Below, piece after piece: positions 1 to 13,658 of a stretch of DNA of 64,000 nt. A program made the translations under genes and the position numbers. This DNA comes from the human T2T-CHM13v2.0 reference genome, Homo sapiens. Within the stretch, counting starts at the first letter, position 1; each line of letters opens with the position of its first letter. The notes under the pieces are model-generated. The model ran no database searches and was not told where the DNA came from. It was given only the letters and a program-made list of their open reading frames with translations. The stretch lies in assembly GCF_009914755.1 (NCBI RefSeq), contig NC_060927.1, one strand, 5' to 3'.

Positions 1-339
1 TGCCATATATATCCTTACTTTCTGGTCATATTCTGATTTTCACCTTAAGAATGAAAGAAGGGGTGCATCAATATAATTAATTGCTGGTTTCGACTTCCTT
101 TTAGAGATTGGAACATGCTAGTTCTCTGCTTTAAGACTTGTAATCCTTACTGAATTAAATGCAAACAACTCAGCAAAGGATTTAAGGAGTTTCTGAATAT
201 GACTCCTGCATCTAATTCTAGTCTATTTGCCAACTACCCCCTTCGCAGACCCCGCATTTTATCCAAACAGATATTATTCATGTTATTTTCTAAGCATGAT
301 CTGTAAAGTCCAGTGTCTTGGCTTTTGCTCTTGTTATTC

Positions 340-600
340 ATTTGCTCATGAAATTCCTTACCTTTCTAACTGCCTTAATTTAACCCATCCTTCAAAGTCC
401 AGCACCAATATAGCTATTTCTGGGAAGACCCTGGATTCCATAGATGGAGTATAATCTCTTCCTCCTTCATGTCCCATAAAAATCTATTCTGGATTCTGTT
501 ATGGCAGCTGTCATTCTCTACTTGCATAAATACTTTTGTGCATTTATCATTCCTCCACTACTAAAATGTAAGTTCACTGTTTTCTTTTTAGTCCACTTAC
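340..600 (+). mobile_element. L2 3' fragment (degenerate)
   Basis: ccttcaaagtccagcacc...ttctgggaagaccctgga resembles the L2 3' motif ccttcaagtctcagctcaaatgtcacctcctccaggaagcc. Confidence 0.45.
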
Positions 601-759
601 ATTCAATGGATATTCTCTGAAAATTGTTTTTCAATACCAGCTCAGGAAAATGGTATGATATATTAGGCTTTGATTTGTAAGCTTTAAAAAGTATTTAAAC
701 ACTATTTTTTTCATGAATTATTTAAGCTTATATTTGTTAGTAAACAAATTACTCATTTT

Positions 760-1066
760 TTAAAATTTAATTTAATTTTAAGTTCCTGGATACATGTGCA
801 GGATGCGCAGGTTTGTTACATAGGTAAATGTGTGCCATGGTGGTTTGCTGCCCCATCAAACCATAACCTAGGTATTAAATCTAGCATGCATTAGCTATTT
901 ATCCTGATACTCTACCATCTGCCCCCTACCCAACCCCACCAGTGCGTGTCGTTTCCCTCCCTGTGTCCATGTGTTCTCATTATTCAGCTCCCACTTACAA
1001 GTGAGAACATTTGGTGTTTGGTTTTCTTTCCCTGTGTTTGTTTGCTGTGGATAATGGCTTCCAGCT
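760..1066 (-). mobile_element. L1PA/L1PB-type 3' UTR fragment, 5'-truncated
   Basis: T-rich tail followed by tacatgtgcaggatgcgcaggtttgttacataggtaaatgtgtgccatggtggtttgctg...gctcccacttacaagtgagaacat, the reverse complement of a primate L1 3' end. Confidence 0.9.
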
Positions 1067-3399
1067 ATTAATCATATTTTAACAATTATTTTAAATATTT
1101 TATTCTTCAATTTTGCCCAAAAGTCATTTGGCAGATTATGTTAGTTTTCCTGTGCTCTATTGTTATTGCTTTGCTTCAAGCAAATTTAAAAACCAAACTG
1201 TTACCTTAGGGGATAGTACCTTTCATCTTATTCTTAACTATTTATTTTTCTCCAATAAAATAAGATTTAAAAAATTGTTTAATAAATATTTGGTGTAAAT
1301 AAATACATACATAAGAAATCAGTAAGCATCTGTTGTAGTTACTAAGTTCGTGTGAATTTGTATGATTCCATATTCTTTACGTTTTTATTATTATATGCTT
1401 TGTAATATAAAAAATAACTGAAGCTAGAGTGAATTAGTGCTTAATGGTTTTATATTAAGTGCTACAAGGAAGTTATATTTCTGTATTTATATATCAAACT
1501 GAAATAAATATGCCTCAGTATTACACTATAACAAGATCAGGGAGTAAACTAGAAAATACACATAAAATATCCTTTTGTTTGCCTGTGAGAACTATACTAA
1601 GAACATTTCCTAGGAAATTGGAATAGATTGAAATATGCAGCCTGATACATGAATGATAAAATCCATTTTCATTACTTAAACTCATAAAGCTTGTGAGTCT
1701 TGTTCCACATCTGTTTCTATAATAAATTTTTACCACTTTCTTCTAAGAATGACTTCTAAGATTATGTGTTTATTAAAGGGTATGTGATGACAGCCTAAAT
1801 AAAATGACGTAGGAACTGCAAAGTCTTAGTCAGGATATCACCCAAACAAAGGGAAAAAAAAAAGACTGCCTTTATGCCTGGGCATATAGAGAGTCTGGTG
1901 TTTTTTTCTGGATAAAACAAAAATCTCCTCACATGAAGTTTTAGCTATAGACATTGCAAAAGCCGCGTGAGGAATGTGATTTATTATTCTATTAAGGAAG
2001 TGATATTTTATTTACAGGCTTTAGGTCCCACAGTGTTCCAATTTCTCAGTGACATAGATTTGCTTATTCAGATAATAATGAATATTTACTGATACATTAA
2101 AAGCAGCCCTAAAACTTTTTATGATTTTCTATAGAAAGAATTTGATAAATCTTTCTGACAACCAGCTGGTGTTCAAACACTTGAATCTGAATAAATGGCT
2201 CTTAATGAATTACTAGACATGTTTGTAACTTGTAATTCTAATGGTATGGAAAACACATTTGTTTGAATAGAATTTCTTTCAGCAGAAAGTCTGCATTTGA
2301 AATCAATTATCATAATTCATTATAATTTGCATAACATTTGATGGGAAAATATTGTCTTGGAAATCCTTAGGATTATATTCTGCAGAAAGCTAGCTAACAA
2401 TTGCATTCGTTTAAGGGCCATGTAAACATTCATCAACCTTTGCCTATATGAGACACGCACAATTTTTCTCTTTGCAGGAGTCAGGGATTATACACACACA
2501 TTGTTTCTTTCATGTGATGACTCATTAATTCAGAAGGATGGCTCTTGCATTGAATGCAGAATTTAGAGGGAAATTTGTCATAAGAACTATGAGTTTGGGA
2601 GAAAGCATTTTTTTTGAAATTGCTTTTAAGTTATTCTGAAAATGACCAACATGACTGGTTAATACTTGGAAATATTTACCATAAATAAAATTTTCTGTTA
2701 GTACTTCTACTAGACAAAATACTGTGTTATCTATTTCAGCTTCTCATTTTCTCACTACTCCTCTACTAACTCTATCATCCCTACCACTCTTTATTCTTAC
2801 ACATGATTCTTTTTTCTGTCCAATAACTCAAATCCCTCCTGAAGCCATAGGTGGCTATTTTATTGGAATAAGGGGTGATTATGCTAAGGTATTAGGAACA
2901 TAATGAGACATGAAACTTATTTAAAAGTGGTAGCCAGACTCTCAGTCTTCACCCAAATGTGTGGATAGTAAGAGTTTATCAGAGGGGAGTTTTGTGTGTA
3001 TAACAGAAAGAGAAAGAGATGGAGGGACAAAGAAAGCTTCTCTCAGCATTACCTATTTAACAACAGGAAGTGAATGGTGAGTTAGGTCTTTGGGTTAAAA
3101 ACTAAAAAGACCTCAAGAAACTTGCAGTATCCAATAAAAAAGAAAAGAAAAGAAATTATAACATATATGTTTGTATATAGAAAATTATATTGTTGGAAAA
3201 TTGTGTCTGAAAAGCTGAAATAATTTATAAAAAGAATAAAATATTTTCTTTTGGCAGAGAAGGCTTCATGAAAGAGGTAATCTCTGAACAGAATCATGAA
3301 AAAATACAAGGATTTGATGTCATTGCCTCTATTTCTTTATAAGTCAACCATGATAAATTATAAGCACATTATAACAATTTTCAAATGTCTTTGGCTTGT

Positions 3400-3850
3400 A
3401 GATATTACTCATTCATTGATTTATTCACTTGTTCTTTTCAAATCTCATACATATTTTTTGCAAAAGATATGATGAGATTGATACATAAACAACTGATTAT
3501 AATAAAATGATAAATACTGTGTTTTTGAAAGAGGTACCTTAAAGGCTTCAATAATGTAGAAGGAAGACTGAATAGGAGAACTGGACAATTTTCACTGCAG
3601 AGATAATATTTGAACAAGCCTAAGAAAGAGAAGGGAGTAGATAAAAGAAGGGGAACAAAGGACCTTCCAGGCACTGGAAATAGCATGAGCACAAGTGAAA
3701 GAAAAAAAGTAAGAAGTATTTGCAAAAATGTAAGAAGGATAAAGAGATAAAAGCTCTTATGAAGGCAGTAGGAGGAACTCAGACAGTGGCAGAATTTGAA
3801 CATCACCCTAAAGTTGATTGTCTAATGAGCCAACCAGGAGCTTCCTATGG
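3400..3850 (-). mobile_element. L2 fragment (degenerate)
   Basis: attcattgatttattcactt and ccttccaggcactggaaatagcatgagcacaag are typical antisense L2 motifs. Confidence 0.45.
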
Positions 3851-4584
3851 CCATCCTTGATGTCTATTGTTCATTGGAAAAAGTCATCTGGGAACTCATA
3901 TTTGCTGCCAATGACAGTAATATTTCCTGAGCTTTATGGAAGGTCTATGGACTAGGACACAAAAGGCCTGGGAAGAAACATGTGTGTACTTCTGTGTGTG
4001 TATTTGTTTTTGTTGTTGTTTGTGTTATTTTTTATTTTGAATTATCTTTTTGAAATGTAGATAATATACCAGAATAATTTGTAATCCAATCAAGACAACC
4101 ATGTCAGGTAATCTGGGGGAATATTTAAAAGATAGCTCCAATTCAATAAGTGATATCATACAATGTGACTGAAATAATTGCATGATTTAAAAAGTGTGTG
4201 GCCAATGATGAATAATTATCTGTGTGTCTTCGGTGCTCAATAGGTGTCAGAGATAACTCTGAGTGACCAAGAGAAAAATGTGTTTCTAATTAGCAAGTAG
4301 CAAGCATATTCTATTATATATATTATATATATATCTGTTAGAATAATTATTTGAAATTTAAAATAGACAAAAGAGATTACTGGTACTATTTTACTTCAAC
4401 CATGGGCTTTAACTGTTTAAATAACTGGACAGTTTTAGCATCTATAATGCCAGAGATTAAATTGTAGACTTTTTTTCAGTAGATATGCAGAGAATCTCTG
4501 TTCAGTGCAACAGATTAAACATCAACAATTATGATGCATGGTTCCATTAGACATTAGCTATTTTAAAAACTCTAATCTATTATG

Positions 4585-4826
4585 CTAGTGTTTAGTAGCA
4601 CAATAGGGCAACTGTAGTCAATAATAATTCATGGTATATTTCAAAGTAACTAGAAGAGTGGAATTTGAATGTTCCTAACACAAAGAAATGATCAATGCTG
4701 AGCATGATGGCTATCCCAATTATTTTTATTTGATAATTACAAACAATATGCATATTTCAGAATATCACTTACCCCATAAATATGTACAATTACTATATAT
4801 CTCTAATAATTAAATATAAAAAAGAA
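4585..4826 (+). mobile_element. L1MA/L1MB 3' end fragment
   Basis: gtagcacaatagggcaactgtagtcaataataatt...tagaagagtggaatttgaatgttcctaacacaaagaaatgat...ccccataaatatgtacaat followed by an A-rich tail. Confidence 0.85.
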
Positions 4827-5174
4827 CTATTATATAAATTTTAAAAATCTAACCTAGCAATCTTAATTTGTTTCATAAGTTGCCATTATACACGCAGTTT
4901 CTCAAATGTTCTTGGAACGATTTTCGGCATCTTACTGGTGGCTTAACTGACATTGTTTCATTTTACATTTGCATGAGAATTGTGATTTTACTTGTTTTGA
5001 AATAATACTTTAGTACATTCTTACTATAATGATGAGGATATTAGACTATCATTATTTCCCATTAAAGCTATCACATGTGCTTTAGTTTTATTTTCTGCTT
5101 TACAAGCACATTTTGATAATAATTTGTTGCTTACATAAGTAAGCAAATTGTATCCTGCTGAGATATGTGTTATT

Positions 5175-5340
5175 TTCTGCATAGAATTGGAGTCAAACTT
5201 CCTGGAATCCCATCTCCAATCCTTTTATTTATTAGCTTCATGACATAGGCAAAAACTGAATTTCTCTGATTTCTCCATCTCATAGGTAAAATAGACTACT
5301 GCACAGTCTATCATAAGAATTTAAATGGAATATTTCCTTT
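5175..5340 (+). mobile_element. MIR SINE
   Basis: ttggagtcaaacttcctgg...tgacataggcaa...tttctctgatttctccatct, the MIR core. Confidence 0.6.
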
Positions 5341-6335
5341 TAATTTCCTCCTATGTCTTAAACATAGAAGGAATGCAAAACATTCTAATAGCATTATTTT
5401 GTGTTGAATGCAATATATGCCTTTATTAATTAATGAAGTTAATGCATGTAAGAGTTTGTGATTAGTTTTCTCTGTTGCATTTATTTAACACATCTAATAT
5501 CTCAAATATTTTTCTTATCATTCTAGGTTTTGCATATTTTTCTTGTTTTTACTGGGAGATCTCTGTTTCCTACCCCAGATGTTTCTGTCGCTTTTTGCCT
5601 GCTTCTCTATCCCAGCGTGTATGAAGTGATTTTTTTTTTTTTTCTCATCAATGTGTTTGGGAGGAGTAAGCTAGCTGGCTTTGCTCAGTTCTGCCTTTTC
5701 TTCCAGGGATTCAGTAGAGTGCAAAGAGTAAGCCTTCTCTTGATCCTTCTTTGGATTCAGATACTCTGTACCTTCCTCTCATTTTGGAGGAGTTGGGGGC
5801 ATGTTAGTGTCTGAGTTTTAAGTCAGCCTAATTCTGGATTCAGTTAATAGACCTATTTGGCTTCACACCCTGCTGTGACCCTCAGATTTGTTTGTTTACC
5901 ACCGAGAAAGGTGATCTTTATGTCTCCACTGCTACTCTCTTATTTCTCAATCTGCTCACTTGTGCTGGCAAACAGGCTGCTTTGGCAGGGGAGAGAAAGC
6001 GGGTGTCCAAGATATCCAACACCAATCTCTCCTTTTTCCTTTTTCTTTGAGACATTTTCTTTCCCTTTCCCCAGTCTCTGGAGACTCTCCTGCATTGATC
6101 CATAGATAATCTATGACTGTCGAGACAGTCCTCTTTTCTCAGGCTTTACCACCTTTAAAGTAACTCAGATATTCATTGCCCTGCTATATATTGTCTAATT
6201 TTATGTAGAAAATGAACTCTCTTAATAACAGATGGGTTGGAATTTATTATTGTTAATTTATATATAAACTCAACAATCACCAAATTAATGGAATGCTCAT
6301 GATAAACCAAGGAGAGTAACATGAAACTCACAACT

Positions 6336-6645
6336 CACTGAGCACAGTGGTGCATGCCTATGACTATAGCCTCTCAACTACCTGAGAGGCTGAGGTAAGA
6401 TGATCACTTGAGCCCAGGAGTTCGAGGCTGCAGTGTGCTATGATCAGGCCTGTGAATAGCTCCAGCCTTGCAACATAGTGACACCTGCTTCAACTACCTG
6501 AGAGGCTGAGGTAAGATGATCACTTGAGCCCAGGAGTTCGAGGCTGCAGTGTGCTATGATCAGGCCTGTGAATAGCTCCAGCCTTGCAACATAGTGACAC
6601 CTGCTTTCTCAAAAAACAGAAAGAATAAAGAAAGAAAAAACATAA
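6336..6645 (+). mobile_element. FAM (fossil Alu monomer) containing an internal tandem duplication
   Basis: gcacagtggtgcatgcct...gatcacttgagcccaggagttcgaggctgcagtgtgctatgatcaggcctgtgaatagc (the FAM-diagnostic gtgaatagc); A-rich tail; degenerate TSD aaactcacaac/aacctcacaac. Confidence 0.85.
6374..6605 (+). repeat. Perfect 116-bp tandem duplication (6374-6489 / 6490-6605)
   Basis: Both units read tcaactacctgagaggc...catagtgacacctgct, with no mismatch by eye. Confidence 0.95.
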
Positions 6646-6649
6646 AAAC

Positions 6650-6840
6650 CTCACAACAACCCAAGAAGGTCAGTAAAATTATTATCTATTATCTTCATTT
6701 TACTTAAGACAAAAATTGAGTCAAACAGTAGTTAAGTGATTTGTCCAAATTAACACAGCCAGAGAAGTCCAGCAGGATCAGAACAAGAGTCCAAGTGTTT
6801 TGACTCAAGAAACATTTAAACTCTTCACTACAGTGTCTCT
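6650..6840 (-). mobile_element. MIR SINE
   Basis: tcacaacaaccc...attatcttcattttac...gttaagtgatttgtccaaattaacacagc, the antisense MIR core. Confidence 0.75.
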
Positions 6841-6884
6841 CTGTACAGGGAAAGGAAAGCAAAGAGAGTCTGGAGGCATTCCTG

Positions 6885-7045
6885 TTAGCTCAGAGATAGA
6901 CTTATCTGAACTCCAATGTTTACTAACTATATGACCTTGAGACAATTTGTATAACATCTTTGAGCCTCAAGTTTCTCATGTGTTCAATGGAAATATTAAT
7001 ACCTTCCCTGCATTTTTGCCAGGGTTATTGGGAAGGCAAAATGTA
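6885..7045 (+). mobile_element. MIR SINE
   Basis: tactaactatatgaccttgagacaa...tgagcctcaagtttctcatgtgttcaatggaaatattaatacc, the MIR core. Confidence 0.75.
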
Positions 7046-7600
7046 AAACAAATCTTGTTTATTTCATGTGTTGTATTGTACCTTGTTCCAGAAAATATTT
7101 AATGCAGAGAGAGTATGCATAGGGAAGCTCTTTATAACTGGCAAATGTTAAACAACTGAGTATAGTCATATTGTGTATAAACCCGAAGCCTAGCAGAGGT
7201 GAACATATGCCTGCTCTAAGAAGATAATTCTTGTTCTGGCATAGCAAGTATTTAATGAGGAATATTTTATGGAATCATACTACTGTTGTTGTGAGAAGAA
7301 GTGAGATTGCATTGATTGCCACAATGCCTTTTGGTATCATTATGATCAGAAGATGTGGTTGAATAAAAGTCAATCATATGAAAGGATGGAAGACGAAAAC
7401 TACATCACAGAAGCAGCAGTATAAGGTAGTATAAACAGCTGTATAAATTTTTGAAGGGAGATTGATAAGTTCTCATTTTAAGGACAGAAAAACAAAATTT
7501 GTGCAGCAGATATGAGATAGAAAGGGCTGATAAAGTCTTGGTAAAAAGGAAAAAATAATTTAATACTTCTTGTCTAAAAGCAAATAGCATTCTTGAAATT

Positions 7601-7694
7601 TCTTCTAAACTACTGCTTTCTTCTACAGTTAATTTGCAGTAATGCTTAGAGTTCAACACCATATGTAAAGAATTATTCTCAGAGAACAAATGAT
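7601..7694 (+). repeat. Dispersed duplication, copy 1 (partner at 10663-10756)
   Basis: Ungapped alignment of 94 nt with 12 mismatches by hand count. Confidence 0.9.
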
Positions 7695-7990
7695 CCAATC
7701 GTATTCAAACCACTGATGGTAGTAATGTGCAATATATGTGAATGAAACCAGCTAGTGAATACTTGGAAACCAATGTAACCACAAGTATTACAACATAGGG
7801 AATAGATACTAGTTTTTAAAGAATGAGAGTTGGTATAAGTCTGTCAATTAACAGTGCATTATTCCATACTGGAATACTTTATCAAAATACAAAAATAAAT
7901 AAAATTAAGATATATTTTTGTATTTTTTAGAATGTATGTCAAAATGCAATTATATCCATAATTACCCATTTTTGGATGAAAAGCATTTCA

Positions 7991-8332
<342 letters not shown>

Positions 8333-8409
8333 GCCACACACACACAAATAAAAAGATAGGGTTAAGAAATCTAAATTTTTATGTTTTGCTACTAGAGAGT
8401 AAGAAAACC

Positions 8410-8620
8410 TTAGTCATTAAAAGCATGAGATTCTGAGTCAACAGTCTTGGGTTGAAATTCATAATTGGCCTCTACTTCATTGTGAGGGGCCCTTGTATAA
8501 ATTACTAAAATTGCCTGTGCCTGTTTCTTTCATCTGCAATATGAATATCGATTAGTAAGAATAACTAGCCTATAAGACTAAATGAGATATGTATGATGAA
8601 CAAATAGCATGGTGTATAAA
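8410..8620 (+). mobile_element. MIR SINE
   Basis: agcatgagattctgagtcaacagtcttgggttgaaattc...tgtgcctgtttctttcatctgcaat. Confidence 0.65.
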
Positions 8621-10662
8621 TCTCAATGGGTGGAGTGTATTCTTTTAGCTATTTTGGATTTTACTGAAATAGTTTGAGATTTCTTTTGGAGGTACTAGAT
8701 TGTTGCAGTGAAGCTGGGTACCTCTTTTTAAACACAAAGCAAACTAGTATTCTAGTGGTAATATATCTGTAAAAGCTAAGAAATTTTAATAGGCTTACTT
8801 CTCCTGCATGCATGGAAAATGACTCATACATATTTTCATGATATATGTTTTATGAGAATTGAAGGAAACTGGCATTTTTCTGGGACCTATTATATGTCAG
8901 AGACCCTATTTGGTTTGTGTATAGTAATACTGTAAGATTGATTATTATTTTCCCCATTTTATAGAAAGAGATTATGGTTACTACATATAATGAACTTGGT
9001 CTCCCAGTCTTTGTAGAGGCAAGATAACTGGTAGTGGTTAATTAATTTCAGAGACATACCTCTTGGACTTAAATCAAGTGCACTATCATTATATGTGATA
9101 ACATATTTAGACTGCTTGGGACATAGTAAGCACTCAATAAAAAAATAGCTATTATTATTACCATACTACTGTCCCTACAAGTGTTACTGATGAAAGGAGA
9201 ACTCGATTCACAACTTTCACCTGAAGCAGCATTCAAATAACTGCCTCTTCAATGCTTTTTGGTGACCAAAGAGGACCTTCTGGCCATGAGTGATGTTCAG
9301 CAAGTACTGGCCAGTGTCCCGCCATGTTCTATCTGGTTTGAAAACTGTTGAGTATTGCCTATGTTTCTAGCCATTTGATCTTTAGCAGTAGGGTCAACAC
9401 TGCCATGTACCCAGGATGATGCATGAGGGAGGAAATGTGGGTGAAGATTTCTCCTTCTGCTCTCCTCTTACGTAACTGGATGTACTCTAGTAATAAAAAA
9501 GATGTGATATCATATGTGTGAGCATGAAGGTGGACACAGATAAGAAGATGCACACAAAATCAACCATTAAAAACAGTTTTTATGAATAAATAAAGCCTTG
9601 CTATAAAATCATATTAACAAGTTACATAAAGACATATATAAGTAATTTAACTTTTCTTTCTGGTTTTAAATGTTTCCAAAGGCCATCAAGACAATAGTAG
9701 CTATTGTCATGCATCTGACAGTCAAATAATGAAAGACAATGAGAGAACAAAAACTGTTTACTCTGATGTTAGACCTTAGTTGAGAAAGTCATCTTACACA
9801 CGTATCCATGTGATGCATGTATATGTATATTTTTCCATATTGTATTTTTAATTAAGTGGTAATGCCAAAAGGAAGCCTCCACTTATAAAAGGAATTTGAA
9901 ATTTTGATTCAGCTTGAAGTATAACTATGGAACTTCAGAGGATTCCATGCTTAACTGAGTAAGGCACTGTAATAGAAGTCTAATGGGAAGAGAAGAGAAT
10001 CTCCCCAAATGAAGAAAATATAGGTGATTTCATTTTTTAACCATCTTTAATTTGAAAATCTCAAAATGCTTTCTAAGCAAGTTCATGTTCCATATATTTA
10101 TTAGGCTATGATTCTATAACTATTTTATGTTAATTGATCCACTTGATTAGGGAACAATTTAACACACGAATATGGGGATACAGAAATGCCTCAATTTCCT
10201 GGCTGTTTTAACAATATTTCTTCATTCTGTCTTTTTAATTCAATCTTTTAAATACATGAACTGTCATAATATTATTTAAGCTGTTAAAACAATTCTGTAG
10301 TCATACTTTTCAAAAAATTAAAGATGCACAGAAGAATCCCAGTATTTCACAATAGTTAATATGTGTGTGTATATATGTATATACATGTTTATGAATTCAC
10401 ATACAAAAGAAACATACACATAATTTTATTTTTCATTAACATTGCATAATATTAGGATACATTAGAAATAAACAATACAGTAAATGGACACACTTTTGAT
10501 GGCAATATGTATTTTTACTAAAGTATTTTTCTTATATGTAGAAATTAATTGCTAGATATTCATGCTTTTTTCTACTGAGAGATACAGCACAGGAATTGAA
10601 AATCTTATTTTTTGCTATGAAATCGAGACATATTATTATGATATTGGTCATATCAAAGAATG

Positions 10663-10756
10663 TCTTCTAAACTACTGTTTTCTCCTACAGTTAATTAGCA
10701 GAAATGCTTAAAGTTCAACAACACATGTAAATAATTATTTTCAGGAAATAAATGAT
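10663..10756 (+). repeat. Dispersed duplication, copy 2 (partner at 7601-7694)
   Basis: tcttctaaactactg...gttcaaca...aattatt...aaatgat shared with 7601-7694. Confidence 0.9.
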
Positions 10757-10803
10757 GAGTACACACACATACATATGAAACTTAGTTTAAGAATACATGT
10801 ATA

Positions 10804-11230
<427 letters not shown>

Positions 11231-11551
11231 TTATAATTTATGTGAATAAAAACAGATAATACATTGCATACCTTTTCAGCTTTTTAAAATTTAAATTGAA
11301 TTATGCTCATTTTAGATTTTTTTAAATGGCTTATTTTATTCAACAACCTATATTGACTGTATTTTTGTAAGTCTTGCCACATAAATTCTTACTTGGTTTT
11401 ACAAAATTCCAACTGAGTTTATGCAAGCGGAGGCATCTGACTCAAAGTTTATGAAATATTCCTATTACATCTCCCCGTAACAAAAATACAACTCTTTTTC
11501 TTTCTGCAAAATAAAAGAATTTATAAATGTCTCTAAATTTCTGCCAGCCAG

Positions 11552-12758
11552 CACATTGGTCATGGTTCTGCAGAGAAACAAATAGTATGTAAGATAGATA
11601 GATAGGCATGTAGACAGATTTCTCTCTATATACATAGCTATACATATGAATGTATATAGAGTTATATATCTATATAATTATATATAATATATATCATTAT
11701 ATATAAGAGAGAGAATTATGGGAATTGACTCGTGATTTTCAAGGCTGAGAAGTCCCATGATCTGCTGTCTACAAGGTGGAGAACTGGAAAGCTGGTGGTG
11801 AAAATGAGTCCAAGTCTAAAGGCCTAAGGGTGGTGTAAGTCTAATCACAGTCTGAAGGACAGAGAACCAGAAGTGCCCGCGTCTGAGGGCGGGAAAAGGT
11901 GGATTTTTCCACCTCCACCAGAGAGCAAGGTTGACATTTTTCTGGCTCAATGCATTGGATGATGCCCACCCATATTGTGTCCATAATTGGTTCTTTCTGG
12001 TGGGTTCTTGGTCTCGCTGACTTCAAGAATGAAGCTGCAGACCCTCGTGGTAAGTGTTACAGTTCTTAAAGCTGGTGTGTCTGGAGTTTGTTCCTTCAGA
12101 TGTTCAGATGTGTCCGGAGTTTCTTCCTTCTGGTGGGTTCGTGGTCTCACTGACTTCAGGAGTGAAGCCGCAGACCTTCGCAGTGAGTGTTACAGCTCTT
12201 AAAGGTGGTGCCTCTGGAGTTGTTTCTTCCTTTTGGTGGGTTCTTGATCTCACTGACTTCAGGAATGAAGCTGCAGACCCTCGAGGTGAGTGTTACAACT
12301 GATAAAGTTAGTGGAGACCCAAAGAGTGAGCACCAGTAAGATTTATTGTGAAGAGTAAAAGAACAAACCTGCCACAGTCTGGAAGGGGACCTGAGTGGGT
12401 TGCCGCCCATGGCTGGGGTGGCCAGGTTTTATTCCCTTATTTGGCCCTGCCCACATCCTGCTGATTGGTCCATTTTACAGAGTGCTGATTGGTGCGTTTT
12501 TACAGAGTGCTAATTGGTGCATTTACAAACCTTTAGCTAGGCACAGAAAAGTTCTCCAAGTCCCCACTGGACCCAGGAAGTTCAGCCGGCTTCACCACTC
12601 AATATTAGTGAGGTTGGCTCTTCTTTATTCAGTCTACAAATTCAAAGGCTAACTGCTTCCAAGAAACACCCTCCCAGACACATTCAGAAATAATGTTTTA
12701 CCAGCTATCTCAGCATCCATTAGTCCAATCAAGTTGATACATAAAATTGACTGTTACA
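11552..12758 (-). mobile_element. MLT2B-type (ERVL) solo LTR, split by an LTR12 insertion
   Basis: ggttctgcagagaaaca...aaggctgagaagtcccatgatctgctgtct...gatgcccacccatat resumes after LTR12 as gaaacaccctcccagacac...aagttgatacataaaattgactgttaca. Confidence 0.85.
11976..12601 (-). mobile_element. LTR12 (ERV9) solo LTR, LTR12F-like
   Basis: tgtgtcc...gggttcttggtctcgctgacttcaagaatgaagctgcagaccctcg repeats; ctgattggt CCAAT repeats; ends ttcaccactca; 4-bp TSD ATAT (11972-11975 / 12602-12605). Confidence 0.95.
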
Positions 12759-12879
12759 TTTGCCAGTCTGCAGACTCCTTGAAAATGTCTACCTAACTTG
12801 TCAGAACTTCAACCTCTATGGTTCTCACCCTGTAATCAATTGATTCCCTTGTGCTCAGCATCCCAGTAAGGTTTAGAAC

Positions 12880-13085
12880 ATACTGATTCTGTCTTTATAT
12901 AATATTTTTTATTTTATTCAGTATGAATTTTTAAAATAGTTTGGATTTCAAATATAATGTTTAAATACATATTTACATATTATAGAAGTATTATAATTTT
13001 TATCTTGATGACTGAGTTTTTGCACTTCCTTAAATTTTGTGTCCAATATGAGTGCCTCACACTCCTCATGTTAGTCTCAGTCCTG
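12880..13085 (-). mobile_element. MER96B-like hAT DNA transposon
   Basis: atactgattctgtcttta...tatcttgatgactgagtttttgcacttccttaaattttgtgtcc...agtgcctcac...tagtctcagtcctg. Confidence 0.7.
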
Positions 13086-13247
13086 TGGAACACATATAAT
13101 GTATAACTTAAAACAAGATATCAGTAACTGCATATAGAAGTCAAACGAAAGTGTCAATGAAAGTGGTACTGTTTTGTTATTCTTTTCTGTATAGATTCTG
13201 ATACAGATGTCTATGTATGTGGATTAGAAGCATTTAAGAAATATAGA

Positions 13248-13658
<411 letters not shown>

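Noticed and set aside
1927-1974. Possible hairpin tcctcac...gtgagga
   Set aside because: Only 7 contiguous pairs plus scattered pairing; compatible with chance.
2461-2480. Strong-looking splice acceptor aatttttctctttgcag
   Set aside because: No convincing donor found downstream within exon distance.
9230-9480. GC-richer stretch with a faint resemblance to an RTE/L4 reverse-transcriptase remnant on the minus strand
   Set aside because: The similarity is a few residues by eye; unsupported without a Dfam/HMM search.
12000-12310. Repeated ~100-bp units that look like an array with spacers
   Set aside because: These are the normal internal tandem repeats of LTR12, not a CRISPR-like array.
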